A stretch of DNA of 54,852 nt, from the IMG/VR virus record IMGVR_UViG_3300045988_117159; one strand, given 5' to 3'. The position numbers were made by a program, and so were the translations under genes. This document shows positions 1 through 8,864 of this stretch, in pieces. Origin of the DNA: a virus. The notes under the pieces are model-generated. The model was not told where the DNA came from. It saw only the letters and a program-made list of their open reading frames with translations, and did not search any database. Position 1 is the stretch's first letter. Every line of letters starts with the position of its first letter.

Positions 1-55
1 TTTTATGTATCTCTTTCTTACTACATATATAGTATAACATATTGTTATACATATG
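1..55. repeat. 55-bp terminal redundancy: 1-55 is identical to 54798-54852 (assembly overlap of a circular or permuted genome)
   Basis: Character-by-character comparison of the two window ends. Implied unit length is 54797 bp. Confidence 0.9.
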
Positions 56-59
56 TAAA
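31..59 (-). promoter_or_regulatory. Early promoter cassette copy 1: -35 TTTACA (59..54), 17-nt spacer, -10 TATACT (36..31), with an A/T-rich UP-like tract up to about 90. It drives the gene starting at 54798 across the junction.
   Basis: Near-consensus sigma-A hexamers with exact 17-nt spacing. The same module recurs 6 times, always just upstream of a gene start. Confidence 0.7.
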
Positions 60-94
60 GAGTTTTGAGTGAAGTTTTTTATTTTTTTTTGAAA

Positions 95-113
95 GAAGTT
101 AAAAGACAACTTC
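95..113 (-). terminator. Weak hairpin (GAAGTT/AACTTC) overlapping the primase stop codon
   Basis: 6-bp stem with a 7-nt loop and only a short T run afterwards. Confidence 0.3.
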
Positions 114-1058
114 AAGGCTCTTAACTTCTTCTTGTAAATCATTTATATCTCTATCGTCTTTATAAACAACTTCTTTAATTAATTTATTTTTAACATTTCT
201 TCTAAATCTTTGAGTTGCTTTATATCCGGCATTGTCAGGGTCAAATGCTAAAACGTAAGAACGTACAGGTAATTTAGATAATATATCATATTGATGTTTA
301 TTCCCTGTTCCTATTAAAGCCATAGACGGAATTCCATATTTCCAAAGAGTTAAACAATTTAGAAATGATTCTACTATCCATGCCTCTTTATATTTTCCAT
401 TTGTGAATCTATAAGCTTGATAAATTGGTTTTTCTAAATCTTTTGGCAAAGTAAAGAATTTATTACTGACATTTCTAGTTGCTACAAATACACAATTTCC
501 ATCTAAATCTAAAATAGGAAAAGTTAGGCAACTTCTAGATTTATCATAACCAATATCAAATTCTTCTATAATTTCATCAGTTAATCCTCTCTTATACATG
601 TAAGGATGAATATATCTATAAGAATCTAATAATGATTCAGGAATATATTTACCGCTATGCTTGTTATTAGCGATATTAGAATTATTATTACTACTTCCAT
701 TTAATACCTCCATTAAATTTGGTCGTGTTTCAATTTCTACTGAATTGAAATGTTTAATCAACCAATTTTTTCCATATTTTCCCCTATCTTGATAACCATA
801 TAATTGAGAAATCATATCTTCAATTCCACCACTCCAACCACAAGCAAAACAGTGACATTTATTTAATTCACCATTTACACCGAAGGATGGTTTTCTTTCT
901 TGACCGTCTTTGTGAAATGGACAAGTTGTTTGAATGTTTTGTCCATTTAATCTAAATTGAAAGAATCTATTTATACCGTGAAGTGCTAATTCATCTTTTA
1001 GCACTTCCAACATTGTAATGGTATCCGTATTTATTAATATATCTTCAATTTTAATCAT
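99..1058 (-). CDS. dnaG: DNA primase (CHC2 zinc finger + TOPRIM)
   Basis: CPFHKDG..CHCFACGWSG zinc-finger motif. TOPRIM-type acidic motifs (IVESF, AFDPDNAG). Sits in the same block as the DnaB-like helicase. Confidence 0.85.
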   Translation of the reverse strand: MIKIEDILINTDTITMLEVLKDELALHGINRFFQFRLNGQNIQTTCPFHKDGQERKPSFGVNGELNKCHCFACGWSGGIEDMISQLYGYQDRGKYGKNWLIKHFNSVEIETRPNLMEVLNGSSNNNSNIANNKHSGKYIPESLLDSYRYIHPYMYKRGLTDEIIEEFDIGYDKSRSCLTFPILDLDGNCVFVATRNVSNKFFTLPKDLEKPIYQAYRFTNGKYKEAWIVESFLNCLTLWKYGIPSMALIGTGNKHQYDILSKLPVRSYVLAFDPDNAGYKATQRFRRNVKNKLIKEVVYKDDRDINDLQEEVKSLEVVF

Positions 1059-1260
1059 TGCTAAACACCCTCATATATTTTCTATTAAAAGTTCTATTTA
1101 TTCCATTAGCTTCCTTTAATGTTAAATTTTCATATGTTACATAGATTTCATTTTTATCAACAATATCTATTTTAATAATTTTTTCAGTTGGAGTTAAATG
1201 TAATCTAGCACCTTTTTGCCAATTATTTATTCTCCAAACATAATTTAAAAATTCTTTCAT
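1051..1260 (-). CDS. hypothetical protein (69 aa)
   Basis: ORF with SD GGAGATACATATTATG. Overlaps the primase start by 8 nt. Confidence 0.5.
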   Translation of the reverse strand: MKEFLNYVWRINNWQKGARLHLTPTEKIIKIDIVDKNEIYVTYENLTLKEANGINRTFNRKYMRVFSND

Positions 1261-1319
1261 AATATGTATCTCCTTTATTTATTGAATTAGTGTTGTAAGT
1301 GTTATCGCTTCACTTTTTA

Positions 1320-1517
1320 TTATGCGACTAACTTTTTTAAAGCTAATCTTGTTTTTCTTCTATAAGTTAGAAGTGTATTAATTTGTTCTCTAGTTTCAGC
1401 TTCATCCATTTCAATAGAAATTAATTTATCTAGGTTTTTCAACCCTCTATATTTAATGCTATCGCTAGCATTTTGTAATTGATTAAATCTTTCTTTAATT
1501 CCTTTATAATCCCACAT
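1320..1517 (-). CDS. hypothetical protein (65 aa), first gene behind promoter copy 2
   Basis: ORF directly after the conserved leader AGAGGTACATAAAAATG. Confidence 0.55.
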   Translation of the reverse strand: MWDYKGIKERFNQLQNASDSIKYRGLKNLDKLISIEMDEAETREQINTLLTYRRKTRLALKKLVA

Positions 1518-1548
1518 TTTTATGTACCTCTTTTCTTATTACATACAT

Positions 1549-1577
1549 AGTATAACATATGTATAACAATATGTAAA
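1549..1577 (-). promoter_or_regulatory. Early promoter cassette copy 2 (-35 TTTACA 1577..1572, -10 TATACT 1554..1549, spacer in the flipped orientation)
   Basis: Same hexamers and 17-nt spacing. The spacer reads TATTGTTATACATATGT on the coding strand. Confidence 0.7.
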
Positions 1578-1617
1578 GTGTTTTGTGTAAAGTTTTTTAT
1601 TTTTTTTTAAATAAAAA

Positions 1618-1637
1618 AAGAAGCATTTAAGCTTCTT
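1618..1637 (-). terminator. Rho-independent terminator type I (AAGAAGC-TTAAAT-GCTTCTT followed by a T run)
   Basis: 7-bp stem followed by TTTTTTTATTT on the coding strand. The stop codon of the 95-aa gene lies inside the stem. Confidence 0.7.
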
Positions 1638-1914
1638 CCAATTCTCCAAAAAGTTCTTCATATTTTCTATAATCGTATTTCAATAATAACTCTTTAGCTT
1701 TAGCCTCACCAATAGCCATTGCACACGTTGTATCATCTTGATACCATGTGATTAAATATCTTCCTTTTTTACTTCTATAAAGTTTGGCATCATACATATT
1801 AAGAATTTTAGAATCTAAAAATCTAATATAAGTTGTTACTCCTTTCTTCACTTTTTCGGAAACTAATTCCATTTTTTCAGTTTCATATTTTAGATTATCA
1901 ATGACGAATAACAT
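1627..1914 (-). CDS. hypothetical protein (95 aa)
   Basis: ORF packed tightly after the helicase. Ends ..ELEEA inside the terminator. Confidence 0.55.
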   Translation of the reverse strand: MLFVIDNLKYETEKMELVSEKVKKGVTTYIRFLDSKILNMYDAKLYRSKKGRYLITWYQDDTTCAMAIGEAKAKELLLKYDYRKYEELFGELEEA

Positions 1915-1916
1915 TT

Positions 1917-3188
1917 TTAAAATACCTCCTCTTCATTACTATCATTATACCTTCTTCTTAAATCTTCCGCTTTTTCTTCATCCCCTTTTCTATCTTCTTG
2001 TGGAATATAATCAAAGGTTCCTTTATCAGCATCCCACAGATACACTAGCTTTACATTATTACTTGCATTTCTTACTTTTTTGGTTGATATTTGAAGTCCT
2101 TCCTCTTTTTGCTGCACTGATAATACTATGGATGCATTATAGGCTATACCATCACTATCCCTAATATTCTCAAGCTTCAAATCTTCTTGCTGTGTACCCA
2201 TTCTATTAGACTGAACTACAACTAGAACTGGTATTTTTAAATCAATGCTCAACTGCATTAAATCCTCGCTAATATTAGTTAATTGAGTTGTCTTATTGTC
2301 ACCACTTCTTTTTCTCTCATCTTGTAAATAAGAAATACCATCAACTGCTAGTATATCAAGGTTATTCAATTCACACCAGCTTTTTAATTTTGAAACAGTC
2401 ACTTCTTTATTAAAGTCCTTTGGATGTGTTACATAAAATGGTACATCAATTCTTGATAACCTATCAATATATCTAGGATATCCTGATATATCTTCCCCAC
2501 GATACAAAGCACGACTTGAAATGTGACCATGTAATGTATCAAATCTATAGCCGGTCTTATTAGCGCTCATTTCAGGCTCAACTAAGCCAACTCTCAATTT
2601 TCCAATTTTCCAAGCATGTTCAAGCATCTTAATGAGTACCCAAGATTTACCTTGACCTGTCCTTGCGAACAAAACAACTAATTCCTCGCCCTTATGCCAT
2701 CCACCTAATTCTTCATCCAATTCTTGAAAACCGCTAGGAATAAATCTAGTATCTTTATTTTCTTTTGTTTCTTTCCATTCTTCTAAACGGCTTTTAGCAT
2801 CTTTAATAATATCTACACCTTTTATTTTTTCAACAACTTTAACGCTATCAATATTTGATTTTAAATATTCAAAAGCTTTATAAGAATCAGTTTGTAAGAG
2901 TTCAGCCATTTTCTGCATTAACGGAACTGACTGATTATATAGATATTCCTCTCTAAAAGTATCAACCAAATATTGGTCACTCTCTAGTACATTAATAATA
3001 TCAAAGTCATTAAATTTTGATAAAAATGTTTCAGTATCAGGTACATTTCCATATTCATTTAGATGTTCAATTATATAATCATATTCATCTTTATATTGGA
3101 TAAAATAATCTTCAGTAATGTCATTTTCTTTTAATATTCTTAATGATTTTTCTTTTAAGATTCTATTTAATATTTGAAGTTCTACCAT
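1917..3188 (-). CDS. dnaB: replicative DNA helicase (DnaB-like)
   Basis: Walker A FARTGQGKSW, Walker B-like ILAVDGISYL, VVVQSNR motif, N-terminal DnaB-type helical domain, length 423 aa. Confidence 0.85.
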   Translation of the reverse strand: MVELQILNRILKEKSLRILKENDITEDYFIQYKDEYDYIIEHLNEYGNVPDTETFLSKFNDFDIINVLESDQYLVDTFREEYLYNQSVPLMQKMAELLQTDSYKAFEYLKSNIDSVKVVEKIKGVDIIKDAKSRLEEWKETKENKDTRFIPSGFQELDEELGGWHKGEELVVLFARTGQGKSWVLIKMLEHAWKIGKLRVGLVEPEMSANKTGYRFDTLHGHISSRALYRGEDISGYPRYIDRLSRIDVPFYVTHPKDFNKEVTVSKLKSWCELNNLDILAVDGISYLQDERKRSGDNKTTQLTNISEDLMQLSIDLKIPVLVVVQSNRMGTQQEDLKLENIRDSDGIAYNASIVLSVQQKEEGLQISTKKVRNASNNVKLVYLWDADKGTFDYIPQEDRKGDEEKAEDLRRRYNDSNEEEVF

Positions 3189-3316
3189 CTTTTATACCTC
3201 TTCACATATTCAAAACTAGGTGAATGATAGATACCAAATAAAACTAAAATCTTATACATTTTTGAATTATTATTACATTTTGACCATTTTCTCCAATCTT
3301 TTAAATATTCAATCAT
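3182..3316 (-). CDS. small ORF (44 aa), not in the supplied track
   Basis: ATGA overlap with the upstream stop. Its own stop overlaps the helicase ATG. Supported by coding density only. Confidence 0.3.
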   Translation of the reverse strand: MIEYLKDWRKWSKCNNNSKMYKILVLFGIYHSPSFEYVKRYKRW

Positions 3317-4005
3317 ACATTGACACCTCGCTTATCTTCTTCTCTTAATTCTACAACTGTTGAACAGTTATAGATTCTACTTACCAATCTAGAACCTAGA
3401 CAATTTTCTAATTGTTCTTTATCTTTATTTGAAGTGTAGAAATTACTTTTACCAGCTGAAATTCTTCTATCAATATATTGCAATAAAATTTGATGTTCAA
3501 AACTAGTTGCATTGCTTTCTACAATGTCATCCCAAATAACCAAATCAACTTTTTCTATATCATTACATAGCTCTTCTAATCCATTCACTTTTTGAGAAAT
3601 TGAACGTTTATAATCATATAAGAATGAAGGAACATTTATAAATAGTGCTTTTTTATCAAAACAACTTTTATGCCAAATTTTGTCAAAATAACTGAACATT
3701 AATTTAATTGTCCAACTTGTTTTTCCATTTCCACAATTATTAGAAAAGATGTATAGATTCTTTCCTTTTTGTACATAATTATATATATCGTTATAAATGT
3801 TCTTTAGCTGATGAAAAGCTTCACTGTCAATATTAGAACAAGTTAGATTTTTTGGAATCCATAAATATTCAGGTAAATTAGATAAATTAAATAAGGAATG
3901 CATTAATTTATATCTAACACAACTGAGATAGCAATTTTCTTTAGCTCTATCACACGTTTTTCCATACCAACACTTATACATCTTCTTCCTCCAAAAGCTT
4001 GTCAT
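3313..4005 (-). CDS. helicase loader-like AAA+ ATPase (DnaC/DnaI/IstB-like)
   Basis: Walker A NNCGNGKTSW, Walker B DLVIWDDI, Cys-rich N-terminus, position between the initiator and DnaB. The real start is probably MYKCW at 3981. Confidence 0.55.
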   Translation of the reverse strand: MTSFWRKKMYKCWYGKTCDRAKENCYLSCVRYKLMHSLFNLSNLPEYLWIPKNLTCSNIDSEAFHQLKNIYNDIYNYVQKGKNLYIFSNNCGNGKTSWTIKLMFSYFDKIWHKSCFDKKALFINVPSFLYDYKRSISQKVNGLEELCNDIEKVDLVIWDDIVESNATSFEHQILLQYIDRRISAGKSNFYTSNKDKEQLENCLGSRLVSRIYNCSTVVELREEDKRGVNV

Positions 4006-4297
4006 ACGCTAAAATTAAAGCATTTATCGTATCATTTAAAGTATCTCTTGTATTTTTCAACATATTAATAGTGGGCATTAAATCTTGAGGATTTTCAACA
4101 ATCCAATATCCATCTTTTGGAATACAAGCAATAGGTACTCCCATATTTCTTAATTCTTGAATTATAATTCTTACATTTCTTTGTCTAATTCCTGTCAAAC
4201 TAGCAATATCATTATAATGTAACTGACAAGGACTAGTTGGCAGTAAGTTATAGACTTGTTCCTGTTCTACAGTTAAATATTTAGGTTTTTTGATCAT
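3974..4297 (-). CDS. winged-helix DNA-binding protein
   Basis: HTH-like segment YNDIASLTGIRQRNVRIIIQELRNMG. Located in the replication module. Confidence 0.45.
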   Translation of the reverse strand: MIKKPKYLTVEQEQVYNLLPTSPCQLHYNDIASLTGIRQRNVRIIIQELRNMGVPIACIPKDGYWIVENPQDLMPTINMLKNTRDTLNDTINALILAYDKLLEEEDV

Positions 4298-5116
4298 TTA
4301 AAACACCTCCAATTTTCCTTCAGCTTTCAATCTATCATATTTAGCTTGTGTTTCCTCTCTTGAAAAATTATCATGTTCCCATTTTAATGAATTGTCTAAT
4401 TCTTTATAATTTAAATTTTTAAGCCATGTTGGGTCTAAATTCTTATAACCATTATCTAATGATAATTGAATAGTATTTAATTGTGTTTTTAAATCTTTAT
4501 TAGCAATCCTGTTTAAATTGCCTCTAATTTTTTCATCAGTTATAAATACATTATTATCAATTAAACCTTTAAAAAACGTTTCTAATAAATCAATAACTTT
4601 TTCATTAAAATCATATTCATCAATAATTTTTAAAATGTTTTTTAACTTCTTTTCATTTTTAGAAATTTTAGAAGATTTTGAATTTTCGTTATTTATATTA
4701 TTACTTATTTTTTTAGTATTACTTATATTATTACTTATATTATTGTGTAAAGTTTCTTTACACCCCTGTAAAGTTTCTTTACATCCCCCCTGTAAAGTTT
4801 CTTTACACCCCTGTAAAGTTTCTTTACATGTATTATAATTTGTAATAGCTTTATAATGATTAAATAATACATTATTTATCTCTATAGGTTTCTTTTCAAT
4901 TAGTCCTTGTTCTACTAATTTTTTCAATATCGTACTTATAGATTGTCTAGAACAATTACACCATTCCGCTAGATAATTACTTGTTCCTGTGAACCAAGAA
5001 TTTTCTTCTTGTGAAAATCCATAAATGATTGCATAAACCATTAAAGCATTTCCTTTTAATTGTAATTTATTCACCATCCATCCTTGAATAGTAATATAAT
5101 TTTCATTTTTAACCAT
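4298..5116 (-). CDS. replication initiator / replisome organizer (N-terminal wHTH) containing the origin iterons
   Basis: N-terminal wHTH (SNYLAEWCNCSRQSISTILKKLVEQGLIEKK). The internal CKETLQG x4 is encoded by four DNA iterons. Followed by the loader and helicase. Confidence 0.65.
   Translation of the reverse strand: MVKNENYITIQGWMVNKLQLKGNALMVYAIIYGFSQEENSWFTGTSNYLAEWCNCSRQSISTILKKLVEQGLIEKKPIEINNVLFNHYKAITNYNTCKETLQGCKETLQGGCKETLQGCKETLHNNISNNISNTKKISNNINNENSKSSKISKNEKKLKNILKIIDEYDFNEKVIDLLETFFKGLIDNNVFITDEKIRGNLNRIANKDLKTQLNTIQLSLDNGYKNLDPTWLKNLNYKELDNSLKWEHDNFSREETQAKYDRLKAEGKLEVF
4746..4828. repeat. Origin-like iteron array: 4 copies of TGTAAAGTTTCTTTACA at 21/24/21-bp spacing, next to an AT-rich direct-repeat tract (about 4690-4745)
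   Basis: Iterons at 4746, 4767, 4791 and 4812. Each is itself a 7-bp inverted repeat (TGTAAAG/CTTTACA). Confidence 0.7.
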
Positions 5117-5144
5117 ATTTGTTTTTCCTCCTTAATATGTAAAA

Positions 5145-5286
5145 AACTTCATGTCACTTGTCGGCATACCTTTTTGATGAAAAGCTATTTATTGCTAATA
5201 TAAACAACATACACAGCACATATAATTGAAGGAAATTTGTTTGTAATTAAGGTATACCCACAAGTGACATGAAGTTAGTTCATGTC
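5145..5286 (-). promoter_or_regulatory. Structured leader or cruciform element upstream of the initiator gene: a 26-bp interrupted long-range inverted repeat plus a third competing arm
   Basis: 5145-5170 pairs with 5251-5276 (17 perfect bp, a G-G mismatch, then 8 bp including one G-U). 5279-5286 (TTCATGTC) can instead pair with 5267-5274. A T run follows on the coding strand. Confidence 0.5.
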
Positions 5287-5369
5287 TAATTATTCAATTT
5301 TATTGCACTGTATATATTTATTTCCTTCATACTTATGATACAACTTTTTATTGAATAATACAATATTTT

Positions 5370-5942
5370 TTACATATTAAAAATGTCATTAACTTGATTA
5401 TCAACTTCAGTATTTAATTTATCCCAAAGTTTTTTTCTAATGCTATCATCTAGATTTACACATTGCCATTCTTCTTCAGCCACAATCTTATAATAGTTAT
5501 CACCTTTTTTAACAGTTGCTCCTGAAGTGTATCTAATTGACATTACTTTGATACCATCCTCAGTAGTTACTTTTTCTTCTTTTTGTTCTTTTGAAGTTTC
5601 AATAACTTTAGCTTCTTGTTTTTTGGTTGATTTTTTAGCTGTAGTAGACGTTTTTTCTTTTTTAGTATTATTTACTTCATTCTCATTTTTGTTTGTTACA
5701 GCTTGTTTTTTAGGGTTTTCATCAGGTTCTCCCACTTCTTCTTTAATTGGTTCTTTTTGTTGAATATCTTCTTTTGGAGATTCTTCAACTGCATCTTGTA
5801 CAACTTCCTCACCTGCTTCATAACCGCCACATTCAGTACATGACACTGATTCACCATTTACAAGCATAGTACATCCATTACATTCCTTACAGAATTCATC
5901 AGCCTTATCTCCTGCCCATTTACATTTAATAAAATTAGCCAT
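5370..5942 (-). CDS. Cys-rich (zinc-ribbon-like) protein with a K/E-rich low-complexity linker
   Basis: N-terminal CKW..CKECNGC..CTECGG cysteine pairs and a long lysine/glutamate-rich middle. Confidence 0.45.
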   Translation of the reverse strand: MANFIKCKWAGDKADEFCKECNGCTMLVNGESVSCTECGGYEAGEEVVQDAVEESPKEDIQQKEPIKEEVGEPDENPKKQAVTNKNENEVNNTKKEKTSTTAKKSTKKQEAKVIETSKEQKEEKVTTEDGIKVMSIRYTSGATVKKGDNYYKIVAEEEWQCVNLDDSIRKKLWDKLNTEVDNQVNDIFNM

Positions 5943-5959
5943 TTTATTTATCCTCTTTT

Positions 5960-6370
5960 CTATTTATTTTTCTTGATTCTTAAAGTTGAAGTTACTTTTT
6001 CAATAAATGCTCTTTCTAAAATAGACATATCAAATCCACTATATGATAATTTTTCTAAAGCATCCTCATCAATATATTCTTTTGTTTTAATTACGGTTTT
6101 TAATTCTTCAGGTTTTAAATTAGCTTTTAAAATTTCAATAGCTAAATCATCATTTAAAGATGTTTTAGTTGTGTTAGAAACTGTTGCTGTGTATTTTTCA
6201 CTTTCAAAACATTCAAGATTATTTTTAGAAAAATATTCCTTAATTTGTTTTGATTCCTTATCAATGTATTTTTTTAAACATTTTTCCTCATCTTTATTTT
6301 TTCCGTAGGAATCAATAATACTAGCAATATCCACCTGTGGTTCTTCTTTTTTTAAAATTCTTCTACTCAT
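5960..6370 (-). CDS. hypothetical protein (136 aa)
   Basis: ORF with good packing. No motif I can name with confidence. Confidence 0.5.
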   Translation of the reverse strand: MSRRILKKEEPQVDIASIIDSYGKNKDEEKCLKKYIDKESKQIKEYFSKNNLECFESEKYTATVSNTTKTSLNDDLAIEILKANLKPEELKTVIKTKEYIDEDALEKLSYSGFDMSILERAFIEKVTSTLRIKKNK

Positions 6371-6373
6371 AAA

Positions 6374-6667
6374 TTAACCTCTTTTCTTTCCTCTTTTTCC
6401 CCATTGGTAATGAGCGTTAAATTCACTCATACATCCTCTATATTTCCCTTGTAAATCTTCTTTAAATTGTTTTAAAATCATAATGTCCGACCAAGAAAAA
6501 TATTTAATATTTCTACTGTCAACAGTAGGTTCAGGTAATTTTAATCCTTCAGGTTTTTCATATTCATTTGATTCATACCATTTATACCATCTTCTAATAG
6601 TCATATAGGATGTACCTAGAATTTGTGATACTTTCTGCATCGTAAATTTTGTATGTTCTTCCTTCAT
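6374..6667 (-). CDS. HTH DNA-binding protein (MerR/excisionase-type HTH)
   Basis: FTMQKVSQILGTSYMTIRRWYKW resembles the HTH_17/MerR N-terminal motif. Confidence 0.5.
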   Translation of the reverse strand: MKEEHTKFTMQKVSQILGTSYMTIRRWYKWYESNEYEKPEGLKLPEPTVDSRNIKYFSWSDIMILKQFKEDLQGKYRGCMSEFNAHYQWGKRGKKRG

Positions 6668-6727
6668 CTAATCACCTCCTTCAAATCTCAAATATATTGT
6701 AATACATAAATAGTTGAAAGTAAATAT

Positions 6728-8434
6728 CTATGATAATAGAAAGTTAATATCTTCTAATGATAATTTTCCATCAATGATTGCGTCACTCATTTTACCTTTT
6801 TTCTCAATTAAATCATGTATTCTATCATCTATAGTATCCTTACACATCAAAGTTATAATAGAAACAGTTCCTTTAGTACCAATTCTATGTGCTCTATCTT
6901 CAGCTTGATTCTTTAATGCTTTTGTCCAAGGTTCATCTAAAAATATGACATTCTGTGCGGAAGTTAACGTTAAACCAGTACCCATTGCACCTATTGTACC
7001 CACAATAACTTTACATCTTTCATCATTTTGGAATCTATCAACCTCATTCATTCTTTCTTCTTGTTTGACCTCACCTGTAATATAAGCGGGATTATATTTA
7101 GACAATAACTTAACTGCTACTTCAGTTATGCTTGTCCAATTAGAAAAAATAATAGCTTTTTGATTGTTTGCAATAATATCCTCAACTAATTCAACCATAC
7201 GTTGCATTTTAGCTGATTCTTGAATTGATTCGTCAATGATACCACACCAACCTGTAACTTGTCTTAATCTTAATAGCATAGACAATGGGTTATTTGACAT
7301 TCTTATTTGATGTATCAATGTTTTAGTATTTTCTTGAATTTCTAGATAAAGTTTTGACTGCTTACTTGACATTTCTACATATTCTAATTTTTCAATTTTA
7401 TCAGGCAAATCTAAAACTTCAGTCTTTAATCTTCTCAACATTATTTGGTCGACTAGACTTCTTAATTCATCAAGATTCTTATAACCTAGGATTTCAGCAT
7501 CATTGTAACCACCTAACCTACAGTAATGTCTTTTAAATTCAAATAATGAATGATTTTCATACCCTAGCCACTTAATTGGAAAATATAAATCAATAGGACT
7601 ATTCATTAAAGGTGTACCACTCATAGCTATCATGTGTGGAGCTGAAATTTCTAACATGGCTTTTCCTTGTAATGATGTTGAATCTTTAGCTCTATGACAT
7701 TCATCAAAAGCTATCAATCCTATAGTTCCGTCATTACATAATTCCTTAATCTTATTAGCTATAGGAAAATCATACTTGTATTTACTTATTTTTTTAGCTC
7801 CTAGACGTAAAGTTTCAATATTAGTGATAATATACTTGTAGTCAGGAAGATTGCTTAAATCATCCATTTTATCCTTTGTAGAGCCTAGATATTCTTTTCC
7901 ATTTTTTCTATATCTAGTTCCTAAAACATATCCTTTTTCATTTGAATGTTTTGATACTTCTTCACGCCAATTATATTTAAGAGAATTGACACCACATATA
8001 ATTAAAGCTTTTTGAACTTTATCACCTAAACATTCAACTAAATCAATTATTTGAAGTGTTTTTCCTAGACCTTGGTCATCACATAATAAGAATCTATCAT
8101 GATTCAAACCAAATCTAATTCCATCTAATTGATGTGAAAAAGGTTTTGTTTTAAAAATAATATTCTTAGGAATATCATTTTCTAATTCAATTTTATGCAA
8201 ATCTTCATAAAAGCCTTCAATAATAATTTCAATATCTTCAAACTTATTACACAATGATACTATATTATTGATAGGCATTTCCCAAGTACGATTATCAGGA
8301 TTATAGATTCTAGTACCCATTTTTTTAATAAAATCTACAATTCTTCCGTCATAATCAAAACTTACAAAAGCACTTTTCTTAATAAGTACATTAGATGCTA
8401 ACTTATCAGGGTTATCAATTTTTATTTTTATCAT
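6728..8434 (-). CDS. SNF2-family helicase/translocase
   Basis: Motif I LCDDQGLGKT, motif II FDECH, helicase-C motifs GTGLTLT and QAEDRAHRIGTKG. Confidence 0.9.
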   Translation of the reverse strand: MIKIKIDNPDKLASNVLIKKSAFVSFDYDGRIVDFIKKMGTRIYNPDNRTWEMPINNIVSLCNKFEDIEIIIEGFYEDLHKIELENDIPKNIIFKTKPFSHQLDGIRFGLNHDRFLLCDDQGLGKTLQIIDLVECLGDKVQKALIICGVNSLKYNWREEVSKHSNEKGYVLGTRYRKNGKEYLGSTKDKMDDLSNLPDYKYIITNIETLRLGAKKISKYKYDFPIANKIKELCNDGTIGLIAFDECHRAKDSTSLQGKAMLEISAPHMIAMSGTPLMNSPIDLYFPIKWLGYENHSLFEFKRHYCRLGGYNDAEILGYKNLDELRSLVDQIMLRRLKTEVLDLPDKIEKLEYVEMSSKQSKLYLEIQENTKTLIHQIRMSNNPLSMLLRLRQVTGWCGIIDESIQESAKMQRMVELVEDIIANNQKAIIFSNWTSITEVAVKLLSKYNPAYITGEVKQEERMNEVDRFQNDERCKVIVGTIGAMGTGLTLTSAQNVIFLDEPWTKALKNQAEDRAHRIGTKGTVSIITLMCKDTIDDRIHDLIEKKGKMSDAIIDGKLSLEDINFLLS

Positions 8435-8544
8435 TTACTCACCTCCTTTAATTATAATAATTTTACCTAAACATTTTGAACATAGATAGTTTTCAGGATT
8501 TTTAACAACACCACGTCTTGTGTTAAATCCTTACGTATTTACTA

Positions 8545-8844
8545 TTATTTTGTAATTGTATCATATGTATCTCTATATACTGTTTCCTGTGTTTCTATGT
8601 TTTTTATCAAATTATGAATAATAATATAACAACGTCCATCATCTTCGACAACATATTTTGTCACATTTCTATATTTTAAACTTCCTCTTATATATATGTC
8701 TCTAACAATATATTCTTTATCTTTGTCATTAGCCTCATTGTACCTATAGGTTTTTGAAACACATTGATTATATCCAACATAATCAATATTTATTCTTTCA
8801 CATACATATTCTTCATTATGTATATCTTTAAAATATTTTTTCAT
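8545..8844 (-). CDS. hypothetical protein (99 aa)
   Basis: ORF with an SD-like AGGCAAGGAAAAG upstream. Confidence 0.5.
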   Translation of the reverse strand: MKKYFKDIHNEEYVCERINIDYVGYNQCVSKTYRYNEANDKDKEYIVRDIYIRGSLKYRNVTKYVVEDDGRCYIIIHNLIKNIETQETVYRDTYDTITK

Positions 8845-8864
8845 TTTTCTTTTCCTTGCCTTTC

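Noticed and set aside
4746-4828. Regularly spaced 17-bp palindromic repeats considered as a mini CRISPR array or a plain low-complexity coding repeat
   Set aside because: The spacers are only 4-7 bp (mainly C runs), there are no cas genes, and the repeats sit in frame inside the initiator gene. Origin iterons are the better explanation.
5145-5276. MITE or IS remnant bounded by 17-bp perfect terminal inverted repeats
   Set aside because: No flanking target-site duplication is visible, there is no transposase, and there is no second copy in the genome. It is kept only as a structural or regulatory element.
5117-5369. tRNA or other known small RNA gene in the largest early intergenic gap
   Set aside because: I could not fold a cloverleaf (no acceptor, T-arm or GTTCRA-type signature). 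The region is dominated by the long inverted repeat described in the findings.
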